Origin: an uncultured delta proteobacterium | Lineage (GTDB): Bacteria > Myxococcota_A > UBA9160 > SZUA-336 | Direction of reading: 5' to 3' | DNA: 64,000 bases | Assembly (NCBI GenBank): GCA_963704165.1 | Contig: CAVPHD010000001.1 | Span: forward strand, 512,001 to 576,000 | In this document: piece by piece, positions 11,704-23,934 of the stretch | Position numbering within the stretch: the first letter of the stretch is position 1 | How the letters are laid out: every line of letters starts with the position of its first letter | Notes under the pieces: generated by a model | The model's input: the letters and a program-made list of their open reading frames with translations, nothing else | What the model was told of the DNA's origin: nothing | Databases searched by the model: none | Program-made: the position numbers and the translations under genes

Positions 11704-12581
11704 ATCTGTCCGGAGCGTTCACGGCGCTCGTCACGCCGTTTCACGCCGACGGCTCGCTCGACCTCGACGCGCTCGCGCGTTTCGTCGAGTGGCAGATCGA
11801 GGGCGGCGTCTCGGGTCTGGTTCCCTGCGGCAGCACCGGCGAGTCGGCCACGCTGACGCCCGAGGAGCACATGCGCGTGGTTCGGCACGTCGTCGAGGTC
11901 GCCGCGAAGCGCGTGCCGGTCATCGCGGGCACGGGCTCGAACTCGACGCGCGAGGCGATCGAGCTCACGTCGGCAGCGCGGAGCGCCGGCGCCGACGCGG
12001 CGCTCCTGATCTCGCCCTACTACAACAAGCCCACGCAAGAGGGCATCTACCAGCACTACCGAATGGTGGCCATCGAGAGCGGGCTTCCGATCGTCCTCTA
12101 CAACATCCCCGGGCGAACCGCGTCGCGGATCGATCCCGAGACCACGGCGCGGCTTTCGCGCGTCCCGGGCGTCGTCGGACTGAAGGAGTGCGGTGGCGAC
12201 TTCGCCGCGACGGCCGAGACGATCCAAGCGGTCGCGCCGGGCTTCTCCGTGGTCTCCGGCGACGACCCGCTGACGCTGCCGCTGCTCGCGATCGGTGCGC
12301 GCGGAGTGATCTCGACGGTCGCGAACGTCGCGCCGCGAGAGGTCTGTGAACTCGTGCGCTCGTTCGACTCCGGTGACATCGCGAGCGCGCGAAGGCTGCA
12401 CTACGAGCTGCTCTCGCTCACGCTCGCGCTCTTCGTCGAGACGAATCCGATCCCGGTGAAGACGGCACTCGCGATTCTGGGACGGATTCCTACCGCGACG
12501 CTGCGTCTGCCGCTGACGGCGATGGCCAAGAAGAACCGTGATCGCCTCGAAGCCGCGCTCGCCGAGCTGCCTCGCGCATGA
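11694..12581 (+). CDS. dapA: 4-hydroxy-tetrahydrodipicolinate synthase
   Basis: TALVTPF, GSTGES, PYYNKP, YNIPGRT, GLKEC, ETNPIPVK. Confidence 0.95.
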   Translation: MALNLSGAFTALVTPFHADGSLDLDALARFVEWQIEGGVSGLVPCGSTGESATLTPEEHMRVVRHVVEVAAKRVPVIAGTGSNSTREAIELTSAARSAGADAALLISPYYNKPTQEGIYQHYRMVAIESGLPIVLYNIPGRTASRIDPETTARLSRVPGVVGLKECGGDFAATAETIQAVAPGFSVVSGDDPLTLPLLAIGARGVISTVANVAPREVCELVRSFDSGDIASARRLHYELLSLTLALFVETNPIPVKTALAILGRIPTATLRLPLTAMAKKNRDRLEAALAELPRA

Positions 12582-13357
12582 TTCGGGTACTCGTCGTCGG
12601 TGCGGGCGGGCGCATGGGCGCAGCTCTTCAGCGCTTGATCGGCGCGTCGGATGATCTCGTGATCGGCGCAGCGCTCGAACACGCGTCGAGCCCGTCGCTC
12701 GGCCGAGAGGTCTCGCACGGCGTGAAGATCGGCGCCGACGTCCGGGCCGCCTGTGCGGTCGCGGACGTCGCGGTCGATTTCTCCTCGCCCGAATCGACCC
12801 TCGCGCTCGTCGAGGCCGCGGAAGCGCGTGGTCTGCCCCTCGTGATCGGAACGACGGGACTCGACGCCGCGGGAGAGAGGCGCATCGCGCAGGCCTCTTC
12901 GCGTTCGGGAATCGTGCGGGCGGCGAACTTCTCGATCGGCGTCACGGTTCTGCTCGATCTCGTCGCCGAGGCCGCGCGCCAGCTCGAAGGCTACGAGATC
13001 GACCTGCTCGAGATGCACCACGACCAGAAGCAGGATGCGCCGAGCGGAACGGCTCTCGCTCTTGCGCGCGAGGTGGCGGCTGCGCGCGGCCAGACGCTGG
13101 AACACTCGGTCGTGTACGCCCGTCAGGGGCGGACCGGCGTACGCGATCCGAAGAGCATCGGGATGCAGACGCTTCGGCTCGGCGACAGCGTCGGCGAGCA
13201 CACGGTGTACTTCGCCGGACCCGGCGAACGGATCGAGCTGTCCCACCGCGCGCTCTCGCGCGAGAACTTCGCTGCCGGCGCTCTGCGCGCCGCGCGCTGG
13301 CTGATCGGCCGGGCGCCCGGTCTGTACACGATGCGCGACGTGCTCCGACCCTCGTGA
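12578..13357 (+). CDS. dapB: 4-hydroxy-tetrahydrodipicolinate reductase
   Basis: GAGGRMG, IGTTG, ANFSIG, EMHHDQKQDAPSGTA. Confidence 0.95.
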   Translation: MIRVLVVGAGGRMGAALQRLIGASDDLVIGAALEHASSPSLGREVSHGVKIGADVRAACAVADVAVDFSSPESTLALVEAAEARGLPLVIGTTGLDAAGERRIAQASSRSGIVRAANFSIGVTVLLDLVAEAARQLEGYEIDLLEMHHDQKQDAPSGTALALAREVAAARGQTLEHSVVYARQGRTGVRDPKSIGMQTLRLGDSVGEHTVYFAGPGERIELSHRALSRENFAAGALRAARWLIGRAPGLYTMRDVLRPS

Positions 13358-14985
13358 TCCGGATCGATTCGGTCTCGAAGCGGCACGGCGCCCAGATCCT
13401 CTTCCTCGAGGCCTCGGCGGCCGTCAACCGCGGCGAGAAGATCGGGCTGGTCGGTCCGAACGGCGCCGGCAAGACGACGATCTTCCGGCTGATCACCCGC
13501 GAGGAGCTTCCGGACGACGGACAGGTCGCGATCGATCGCGGCCTCACGATCGGGTACTTCAGCCAGGACGTCGGCGAGATGAAGGGCATGAGCGTGCTCG
13601 AGGCCACGCTCGACGGCGCGGGTCCGGTTTCCGCGGCCGCCCACGCGCTGCACGAGCTCGAGCACGCGCTCGCCGACCCCGAGCGTTCAGACGAGATGGA
13701 ATCGCTGATCGAGCGCTTCGGCGAGGCGCAATCCCGCTTCGAATCCCTGGGCGGCTACGGCCTCGAGGCGCGCGCGCGAACCGTGCTCGCTGGGCTCGGC
13801 TTCGGTTCGCAACAGGTGGATGGCGACGTCGGTGCGCTCTCGGGAGGCTGGAAGATGCGCGTCGGGCTGGCGCGCATTCTCGTGATGGAACCGGACGCGC
13901 TGCTCCTCGACGAGCCGACGAACCATCTCGATCTCGAATCGATCCTCTGGCTCGAGGGCTGGCTCGAGGCGTTCGAAGGCGCGGTCGTGATGACCTCGCA
14001 CGATCGCGAGTTCCTGAACCGCATGGTCGCAAAGATCATCGAGATCGACGGCGGCGAGCTGATCACGCATTCGGGGAACTACGACTTCTACGAGCGCCAG
14101 CGCGCGCTCGCCGAACGCGGGCAAGCAGCCCAGTACGCGCGCCAGCAAGCGATGCTCGCCAAGGAAGAGGCCTTCATCGCGCGCTTCAAGGCGCGCGCCA
14201 GTCACGCGTCGCAGGTGCAGTCTCGCGTGAAGAAGCTCGAGAAGATCGAGAAGGTATCGGCGCCCAAACGCCGCGAGACACTCGAATTCTCGTTCTCGCC
14301 GTCGCCGCGGTCGGGCGACGACGTCGCGAGGCTCTCGGGTATCCGCAAGGCGTATGGGGAGCGCGTCGTCTTCGACGGCTTCGACCTCTTGATCCGCCGC
14401 GGTGAACGTTGGTGCGTGATGGGCGCGAATGGCGCGGGCAAATCGACGCTGCTCGAGATCGTCGCGGGCGCTCGCGCTCCCGACCTCGGTTCCGCGGTTC
14501 TCGGCGCGAGCGTGAAGCTCGGCTTCTTCGCGCAGCACTCGATGGAGCTGCTCGAGGCCGACGAGAGCGTCTGGCAGACGCTCGAGCACGCCTTTCCCAA
14601 GGCATCGATCGGTTCGCTGCGCGCGCTCGCCGCGGGCTTCGGGTTCCCGGGAGACGACGTCGAGAAGCGCTGTCGCCTGCTCTCCGGCGGCGAGAAAGTC
14701 CGTCTCGTGATGGCGCGGATGCTCTACGATCCGCCGAACTTCCTCGTCCTCGACGAACCGACCAATCACCTCGACCTGCCGACGAAGGAGATGCTGATCA
14801 AGGCTCTCGGTGATTTCGAGGGCACGCTGCTCATGGTGTCGCACGACCGGCACTTCCTGTCGGCGCTCACGAATCGGGTCCTCGAGCTCGGCAGCGACGG
14901 TCCACGGCCGTACGGGTCGGGCTATGCCGACTACGTCGTCGCGAGCGGTCACGAGGCGCCGGGAATGCGGGCCCCTCTACCCTGA
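13354..14985 (+). CDS. ABC-F family ATPase (ribosome-associated)
   Basis: Two ABC cassettes ([24 protein letters not shown] and GANGAGKS/LSGGEK/LDEPTNHLD); no TM segments. Confidence 0.92.
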   Translation: MIRIDSVSKRHGAQILFLEASAAVNRGEKIGLVGPNGAGKTTIFRLITREELPDDGQVAIDRGLTIGYFSQDVGEMKGMSVLEATLDGAGPVSAAAHALHELEHALADPERSDEMESLIERFGEAQSRFESLGGYGLEARARTVLAGLGFGSQQVDGDVGALSGGWKMRVGLARILVMEPDALLLDEPTNHLDLESILWLEGWLEAFEGAVVMTSHDREFLNRMVAKIIEIDGGELITHSGNYDFYERQRALAERGQAAQYARQQAMLAKEEAFIARFKARASHASQVQSRVKKLEKIEKVSAPKRRETLEFSFSPSPRSGDDVARLSGIRKAYGERVVFDGFDLLIRRGERWCVMGANGAGKSTLLEIVAGARAPDLGSAVLGASVKLGFFAQHSMELLEADESVWQTLEHAFPKASIGSLRALAAGFGFPGDDVEKRCRLLSGGEKVRLVMARMLYDPPNFLVLDEPTNHLDLPTKEMLIKALGDFEGTLLMVSHDRHFLSALTNRVLELGSDGPRPYGSGYADYVVASGHEAPGMRAPLP

Positions 14986-15006
14986 CTCACACCGTCAGCG
15001 ATCGCA

Positions 15007-17084
15007 GTGCACTCGAAGCCGCTCTTGCTTCGATCTCCAGTTTCGCGACGAAACGCCGACGCGAGATCGATGCCGACCGGTCGATCGACAGAGCCGAAGT
15101 GGCGAACGAGCCTCGCCACGCTCACGGCCTACAGCCGGGCGCTCGACTACCACGCTTTGATCACGGTCACGGATCTGCGGGGACGGATCACACATGCAAA
15201 CGATCTGGCGTGCCGGATCAGCGGGTACGAGCGGGCGGAGCTGATCGGGAACGACCATCGCATCTTGAACTCCGGCCGGCACCCGAAGCTCTTCTGGTCG
15301 GAGATGTGGGCGACGATCGTCCGAGGCGAGACGTGGCGGGGTGAGGTCTGCAACAAGGCGAAGGACGGCTCGCTCTACTGGGTGGACACGACGATCGGTC
15401 CCGTGCGCGGTGCCGACGAGAGCATCGCCGGATACATCTCCGTCCGAATCCTGGTCACCGACCGCAAGCGCGCCGAGAAGGCTCTGGCCGAGAGCGAGGC
15501 CAAGTTCCGAGCCCTCGCCGAGGGCACCGGCGTGATCCTCTGGGAGTACGACCTGTCCGCACACGCGCTCAGCTACGTCTCCCCCCAGGCCGCTTCGCTG
15601 GGGTATCCGCTCGATCGCCACTTCGAGCCGGGCTTCTGGGAGTCGGTCGTCCACCCGGACGACCGCGAGCAGATGATGGCGTCCCGTCGAGCGCTGATTC
15701 AGGAGCAGACCGATCTTCGAATGCAGTACCGGATCGTCTGGGCCGACGGCTCCGTCCACTGGTTGGACGACGCCGTGTCGGTGACCGTCGTGGGGGGCAA
15801 GGTGACTACACTTCGGGGTGTCATCATGGACATCACCGAATCGCGACAGCAGAGAGAGGAGCTCGCGCGAGCGCGCGACGCGGCAGAGGCGGCCAGCCGC
15901 TCCAAGACCGAGTTCCTCGCGAACATGAGCCACGAGATCCGCACGCCGATGACGGCGATCCTCGGCTATGCGGATCTGCTCCGTGACGAAGGTGAAGTGG
16001 GCCGGTCGTCGGCACTGCGGCTCGAGATCATCGAAACGATCAGCCGCGCCGGCCAGCACCTGATGAGCATCCTCGACGACATCCTCGATCTGTCCAAGAT
16101 CGAGGCGAACAAGGTCGCGACTGAGAATATCGAGACGCCGCTCGCGCAACTCCTCGTGGACGTGAAGAGCCTCGTGCAGCAACGGGCGGTCGAGAAGGGC
16201 GTGACGGTGAACCTCCGCCTCGAGCCCGCACTTCCGGAGCGAGTTCTCTCCGACCCGACCCGACTGCGGCAGATCTTGATCAATCTCTCTGGCAACGCGG
16301 TGAAATTCACCGAGAGCGGGTCCGTGACGATCGCCGCCCGCGCCGAAGACCGCGACGGCCAATCCCGCCTGATCATCGACGTCGAGGACACGGGTCGCGG
16401 TCTGACACCTCCCGAAGCGGAGCGGCTCTTCAACGCATTCGCGCAGGCCGACGGGACGATGACGCGAAAGTTCGGAGGCACGGGTCTGGGTCTGACGATC
16501 AGCCGCCGACTTGCGCGGCTGATGGGCGGCGATCTCTCGCTCGCCTGGAGCGAGCCGGGGCGAGGTTCGTGTTTCCGCCTCGATCTACCGCTGGAGCCCG
16601 TCCCCGGTGCGGGAGATCCGAGACGTCTCGAAGGCGAGCGCAGGCCACCGACGTCCGCAGCCAACCCGACGCCGATCTCGCTCTCGGGCCGAATCCTGGT
16701 CGCCGAGGACGGCGCGGACAACCGACGTCTGCTCGCGTTCCACCTCGAGAAAGCCGGAGCGCGCGTGGACCTCGCCGAGGATGGCGTGCAAGCGCTCGAG
16801 ATGCTGATCGAAGCCGAAATCGCCGGCGCGCCGTACGACCTGCTGCTCAGTGACATGCAGATGCCCGAGATGGACGGATTCACTTTGGTCCGCACGCTGC
16901 GCGGCCGGGGATCGACGCTGGCCGTCGTCGCCGTGACGGCCCACGCACTCTCCGAAGACCGGGAAGAGTGCATGTCCGCCGGCTGCGACGACTACACCGC
17001 CAAGCCCATCGACCGAGCGGCTCTGCTCGAGAAATGCGCCAGGTGGATCGGCAGGAAGAGCGCGAAAGCGCTCGTTCCGCCGTC

Positions 17085-17100
<16 letters not shown>
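15007..17100 (+). CDS. Cytoplasmic hybrid sensor kinase (PAS-PAS-HisKA-HATPase-REC); start uncertain
   Basis: Two PAS/PAC domains, [30 protein letters not shown], receiver motifs DMQMPEMDG and KP. Convergent overlap with the glnA end. Confidence 0.9.
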
Positions 17101-18514
<1,414 letters not shown>

Positions 18515-18540
18515 CTCTTCCTCTCTGACGATCCAGTTGC

Positions 18541-18904
<364 letters not shown>

Positions 18905-18910
18905 TCAATT

Positions 18911-18926
18911 AGCAAGCCTTATACCA
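18911..18926 (-). promoter_or_regulatory. Sigma54 (-24/-12) promoter of glnB-glnA
   Basis: Minus strand TGGTATAAGGCTTGCT = GG-N10-GC with TTGC, 30 nt upstream of the glnB ATG. Confidence 0.7.
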
Positions 18927-19033
18927 TACGATCCGGCGCGCTTCGCACGCCCCCGATCGATCCGCGCCGAAGGGCTGCGCAGGACCCGGGCAGCCTTGCC
19001 CGATTCCCACGCAGCCGACGTTTGGAGCCTTCC

Positions 19034-20362
19034 CTAGTCGAAGATGTACGCGACGTTGATGATCCCGTAGAGGTCGCCGTCGGCGGAGCCACCTCCCTGC
19101 GGGAACACGTCATCGGTCCAATCGTCCGTGTTGTAGGTGTCGTACCGGACCTCGAAACGCGTGAGCAGGTTCGGGGTCAGCTTGTAGCCGAGCGTGCCGG
19201 TGAGCGAGTAGGCCATCGTGTCCTGACCCGGGAACATCCGGTAGCCGTCGCTGTCGCGGAAGACCTCGCCACGCACCGCGAGGCTCGTCTTCTCGTCGAA
19301 GGTGTACTGGCTGCCGACCGAGGCGCCGTACCACTGGGCGTTTCGGGTGCTGCCAACTCCCTGTGGCCCGTCGGTGAAGGACACATCCTTCTGCATGCCC
19401 CAATCCAGGTTCCACCAGAGCGTGAGCTCCTCGCACGCGGCATAGGTGGCCGTCCAGTCGATGACGGTGGCGCGGTCGGTGTTGAAGTTCACCACGTCCT
19501 GGCCGGCAAAGCCCGTGTTCCCGTCCGAGCCATAGTAGGTGGTCAGGGCGGTGCTGAACGGGCCGCTCGCGTAGTTGAGCTGCCCGAGCACGCCCTTGTT
19601 GTCGTTCGTATCGGTGGCGTTGTTCCAGCCGTTCGCGACCGCGAGCGCCCAGCCCCATTCCTCGTTGAAGCTGCTGCTCGCGACCAGACCCGTGTGCACG
19701 AGCGGGATCGCGTAGGTGAAGAGCAGGCCCTGCGTGACGTTTCGGTTCGAGACCGTGTCGATCACCTCGGAACCGAGGAGTGTCTCCCACTTGCCGAACT
19801 TCATGACCACGTCGTTCCAGTTGTACGAGGCGTACATTTCCTGGACGTAGACGAAGTTGTCGGAAGCCCATCCATCGGTGTTGAAGCGGTAGCCGCCGAG
19901 GATGCCGCCGTCGTCGCCGAACATCAGATCGATCTGGAAGCCGGCCTCGCCCGGGGACGCGGCCTCCCGCCCGATCTCGATCTTCGCCGCGTCGAGCGCG
20001 AACGTGTTGTGATCGAGGTTGAACTGGTTGACCGACTGCGAATAGCTCGGATCGTCGGGGTTGTTGTTGTTGTAGACGTACGACGCCGAGACGAACCCAC
20101 CCATGTCGACCGTGTCGAAGAACGCATCGAGCGCGCTCGGCTCGCTGCCTGCGGACACGGCAGGGGTTGCTCGACTGTTGAGCACCTCCTGCTGCGCGGC
20201 CACGGTCTGTTCGCTCGCCGCGAGCTTGTCTTCGAGCTGCGTCATGCGCTGTTCCATCGCCGCAAAGCGTGCATCCGAGGCGGCGTCCGCGAGCGCCGGA
20301 CTCGGCGAAAAGCACAACAATGCCGCGACGATCGCGGACTGGGTTCCGGTTCTTCGAGTCAT
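19034..20362 (-). CDS. Outer-membrane beta-barrel porin (OmpL/DUF3138-like)
   Basis: Signal peptide, short coiled coil, alternating amphipathic strands rich in Y/F/W/N/D, terminal YIFD. Confidence 0.75.
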   Translation of the reverse strand: MTRRTGTQSAIVAALLCFSPSPALADAASDARFAAMEQRMTQLEDKLAASEQTVAAQQEVLNSRATPAVSAGSEPSALDAFFDTVDMGGFVSASYVYNNNNPDDPSYSQSVNQFNLDHNTFALDAAKIEIGREAASPGEAGFQIDLMFGDDGGILGGYRFNTDGWASDNFVYVQEMYASYNWNDVVMKFGKWETLLGSEVIDTVSNRNVTQGLLFTYAIPLVHTGLVASSSFNEEWGWALAVANGWNNATDTNDNKGVLGQLNYASGPFSTALTTYYGSDGNTGFAGQDVVNFNTDRATVIDWTATYAACEELTLWWNLDWGMQKDVSFTDGPQGVGSTRNAQWYGASVGSQYTFDEKTSLAVRGEVFRDSDGYRMFPGQDTMAYSLTGTLGYKLTPNLLTRFEVRYDTYNTDDWTDDVFPQGGGSADGDLYGIINVAYIFD

Positions 20363-20425
20363 CACGCTCCCTCCGATCAGCGAACCGCCGCATTGCGGCC
20401 GCGAGTGTGTCGGCGAGGGCACTTG

Positions 20426-20441
20426 TGCAACGGGCGTGCCG
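20426..20441 (-). promoter_or_regulatory. Sigma54 (-24/-12) promoter of the porin
   Basis: Minus strand CGGCACGCCCGTTGCA, a near-perfect match to TGGCACG-N4-TTGCW, about 63 nt upstream of the ATG. Confidence 0.75.
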
Positions 20442-21098
20442 TCAGCGCGGAAGGATTTCGCGGAGCCGCTCGAGCGTGTGCGGAGTCCGAAGCGGCTCGA
20501 GATCGGGCACGAGCCGAAGCAGGTCTTCGAACGTGTCCACGTCGTAGTGCGCGGGCAAGAGCTCGACCCTCAGGCCGAGCGCGCGCGCCCGTGCGAGCGT
20601 CTGGCCGAGCACGTCTGAACGCGAGAGCTCGAGATCGAAGAGCGGATCGCATCCGCCGCGAAGCCCGATCAGGTTGTATCCACCGTCGCGATCGGGGCAG
20701 AGCACGATCTCGGAGTGGTCGAGCGCAGCGAACGCTTCGGACACGCGCTCGGCCGGCAGCGTCGGGCTATCGGTTCCTCTCAACACGATCCGGTCGAATC
20801 CCTCGGCTTGGTGACGGCGGAAGAGCTCTCCCATTCGCGCCGCGAGGTCGGGACCCGTCTGCGGCAGCAGCCGCCAGCCCGCGCGCGTGAAGCGCTCGAA
20901 CCATTCGCGTGCGCCGACGGGCGAGAACCAGATCGCGCGTTCGCAGTCGCGCTCGGTCGCGTGCTGTTCGACAATGTCGAGCAGCATGGCCTCGTACAGT
21001 CGCGCCGCGTTCTCGAGCGAGATCGCGGGTGCGAGGCGGGTCTTCACCTGGCCCGCAACGGGCGCCTTGGCGAAGAGCGTGAGAATCCGCCGCGACAT
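20442..21098 (-). CDS. DUF2064/TIGR04282-type glycosyltransferase-like (CofC-like fold) protein
   Basis: FAKAPVAGQVKTRL, GTDSPTL, PDRDGGYNLIG, YDVDTFEDL. Confidence 0.8.
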   Translation of the reverse strand: MSRRILTLFAKAPVAGQVKTRLAPAISLENAARLYEAMLLDIVEQHATERDCERAIWFSPVGAREWFERFTRAGWRLLPQTGPDLAARMGELFRRHQAEGFDRIVLRGTDSPTLPAERVSEAFAALDHSEIVLCPDRDGGYNLIGLRGGCDPLFDLELSRSDVLGQTLARARALGLRVELLPAHYDVDTFEDLLRLVPDLEPLRTPHTLERLREILPR

Positions 21099-21120
21099 GG
21101 GCGGATGATACGGAGGGGAT

Positions 21121-21594
21121 TTGAGAGCGTCGCTGGCTTCGATCGCTGCACTCGCGATTTCGATCGCGGTCTCCGGATGCGGACCGTCGGACGAAGAGAA
21201 GTCCTCGGCGGCCCAAGCGACCGAGGAGCGGCTCGATCAAGTGCTTCGCGATGTCGTCGATGCGATCCAGGCGAAGCAGCCGGCCTTCATCATGGACCAC
21301 GTCGCGGAGGAGTTCGTGGACGAGGGGGGTCTCGACTACTTCGGCGTCCGCTCGCTGGTCGAGGCGTACGCATTCCGCGACGAGGAGATCGGCGCACGGC
21401 TCGAGAGCGTCGAGATCACGCCGTCCGGAGAAGGCGAGCAGCACGTCGAGGCGCGCGTCGCCTTCACGGTCGGTCAGCGGATCCCGGAAGGTGCCGAGCT
21501 CCCGGCGGACGCGACGATCTATTCGTTCGAGGTCGTGTTCGAACTTCGCGCCACGCGTTGGCTGGCGGTTCGCGGCCGCTATCGGCGCGAGTAG
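21121..21594 (+). CDS. Hypothetical lipoprotein (possible NTF2-like fold)
   Basis: TTG start after GGAGG; lipobox VSGC; acidic alpha/beta body. Confidence 0.6.
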   Translation: MRASLASIAALAISIAVSGCGPSDEEKSSAAQATEERLDQVLRDVVDAIQAKQPAFIMDHVAEEFVDEGGLDYFGVRSLVEAYAFRDEEIGARLESVEITPSGEGEQHVEARVAFTVGQRIPEGAELPADATIYSFEVVFELRATRWLAVRGRYRRE

Positions 21595-22517
21595 TCCTCG
21601 ACGATCTCGCCGCGGGTCGCTCCGACTCCGAGCTCCGCGCCCGCGCGCGCGTCGGCGACCCTCACGTAGCCGAGCGCAATCGGGCCGCTCGCGCTCGAAT
21701 GCGCGCTCGACGTGACCTGACCCACGACGGTGTCGCCCAGTCGGATCTCTGAACCGGGCGCGACGAGCTCGCGTGTTCGGAGCTTCACCAGAAGTCGATT
21801 CACCGCGCCGCGCGACGCGATGCGCGCGACGATCTCCTGCCCGACGTAACAGCCCTTCGACAGCGAGAACGAATGCTCGAGCCGAGCTTCCTGCGGGAAG
21901 GTCCGCGAAGTCACGTCGCTGCCGAGCTTCGGAATCGCCGCCTCGATGCGGAGCGCCTCGATCTGCTCGGGCGAGAGCTCGGACAACGCGAGATCGGCGC
22001 GCAAGCGCGGCAGCAGAGCGCGCGGCGCGAGGACGCGCAGGCCGGCGTCGCCGAGACTCCCCCCGGCGATCCAGATCAGGGACTCGCCGGCGAAGTCGGC
22101 GCGCTCGAAGCGGCCGGCCGCGGGATCCGCCGCACCGACGGATCGCGAGGCTTCGAGCGCGCCGGGTCCTTCGATCGCGATCTGCCCGATCGCGATCGAC
22201 TCGCTCGCGAGCGCGACGTCGTCGGCGATGATGTGCTTCTCGAGCACGGCGCAGAGCTCCGATTCGAGCCCTGCCGCGACGTCGAGCAGAAGGGCGTCGG
22301 GCTCGGCCAGCACCCAGAGCTCCGCGAGCACGTGGCCCTTCCGGTCGAGCTGGAGCATCGGACGCGCGTCGCCGGGCGCGAGCTTCGCGACGTCGTTTGC
22401 GAGCATGCCGTTGAGGAAGCGGACGCGATCGGCTCCGGTCACGCGCACGAGACCGCGATCGGAAAGGTCGCGCACGGCGGCGCTCTGACCGGTCACGGTC
22501 TCGAACAAGGTCGGCAC
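21579..22517 (-). CDS. ygfZ: Folate-binding YgfZ/GcvT-family protein
   Basis: KGCYVGQEIVARI signature; N-terminal VTGADRVRFLNG. Confidence 0.88.
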   Translation of the reverse strand: MPTLFETVTGQSAAVRDLSDRGLVRVTGADRVRFLNGMLANDVAKLAPGDARPMLQLDRKGHVLAELWVLAEPDALLLDVAAGLESELCAVLEKHIIADDVALASESIAIGQIAIEGPGALEASRSVGAADPAAGRFERADFAGESLIWIAGGSLGDAGLRVLAPRALLPRLRADLALSELSPEQIEALRIEAAIPKLGSDVTSRTFPQEARLEHSFSLSKGCYVGQEIVARIASRGAVNRLLVKLRTRELVAPGSEIRLGDTVVGQVTSSAHSSASGPIALGYVRVADARAGAELGVGATRGEIVEDYSRR

Positions 22518-22545
22518 GTGCGCCAGGATAGCGCCTGGAACCCGA

Positions 22546-23488
22546 TCAGGCCGCGCGCGCGAGTCTCGCCTGCAGCGCCTTCCAGCACTCGATCATCTTC
22601 TCGACGACCTGGAGGTCGTCCTCGTTGTCGACGTCGATCGCGGCGCCACCGAGCTCCGTCGTGATCGTGATGAAGCGCGTACGCAGGAGCGCGCTCGCCG
22701 CGCGTTCGATCGCCCTGATCGAGACCCATGCGCGCACCCTGTCCGACGCGCGCGTGTAGCCGCGCCGATGCAGAAGTCCCGCGACGTGGACCGCGAAGTA
22801 GCAGCCGAGCACCCAGAGATTCCGCCACTCCTTGCGCAGCACGCGCCAGGCGAGCGCGACCTGACTCGCGATCTCCTTCTGGTAGCGGTTTTCGTACATG
22901 TCCTCGACGTAGCTGCGATTCCCCATGCGCAGCGCGCGGACGAAGTGCAGGTTGTTCTGCCGGAAGCGTCCCTCGCGCAGGTTGAAGTACGCCATCTCGA
23001 CGCCGGGCGAGCCGTCGCGCGGCGAGAAGGGAACGAGCGAGGACTCGGGTGTGAGACCGACGACGTAGTCGCCGCCGCACGCCTCCGCCCGCAGAGCGAA
23101 GGTCGAGAGCTCTTCCGGCATCACCAACGGGATGTCGGCCGGCACGACGAGCACGGCGTGAGCGTCGTCCGGCTTCGCACCCGGCCGGAGCGTACGCAGA
23201 AAAGTGTGCCAGACGTTCGCGTACAGCGTCTCGCGCTGGGGCACGACGTGGACCGGACACCCGCGCGATGCCGCGAGCGCGAGGCAGCCGAACTCCGAGA
23301 TCACCTGCTCGAGCCGCAACGGGTTTCCGACCACGAAGACCTCGGAGACCTCGGGCGTGTGCAGCAGCGATTCGAGCACGTGCACGATCATGGGTTTGCC
23401 GCGCGATCTCGACGAACGCCTTGCTCTGGCCCCGGATCGCGCGGCTCGCACCGCGGTCGCCGGCCATGAGAATCGCCTGGATGCGCAT
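22546..23488 (-). CDS. MobA-like nucleotidyltransferase family protein (frameshift near 23400)
   Basis: AILMAGDRG...SKAFVEI, then GKPMIVHVLESL...PADIPL...IDVDNEDD in the adjacent frame. Confidence 0.7.
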
Positions 23489-23643
23489 GTCCCATGGTGA
23501 CCCGGCGCGAGGAAAAGTGATACCCCGCCCGGGCTTGGCGGACCTCACGCGGCGGAAGCAAGCGCGCGATCGGAGCTCGAATTGCCCGCCGTGAGAGGCT
23601 TCGTGCAGACTACCGGCAAGCAATCTCGAATGGAGGAGCGGCG

Positions 23644-23925
23644 ATGCCCAGCGTAGTGGCCACACTGAAGGTGAAGCAGGACAAGATCGACGAAGCGAAG
23701 AGCTTCTTGCGCACGCTGGGTGCCAACGTGCGCGCGAATGAACCCGGAACGACGGCCTACGTCTTCCACCAGCGCAAGGACGATCCCTGCGTCTTCGTCG
23801 CCTACGAGAAGTACGCGAGCGACGAGGCCTTCAAGCAGCACGGCCAGAACCTGCGCGCGCACGGGGCGGGCTTCGCCGCCATCCTCGACGGTCGTCCGGA
23901 GATCGTCCTCCTCGACGAAATCTAG
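23644..23925 (+). CDS. Antibiotic biosynthesis monooxygenase (putative quinol monooxygenase) family
   Basis: 93 aa with NEPGT-x-Y and FVAYEKYASDEAFKQH; GGAGG RBS. Confidence 0.85.
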   Translation: MPSVVATLKVKQDKIDEAKSFLRTLGANVRANEPGTTAYVFHQRKDDPCVFVAYEKYASDEAFKQHGQNLRAHGAGFAAILDGRPEIVLLDEI

Positions 23926-23934
23926 GCGCTGCCG

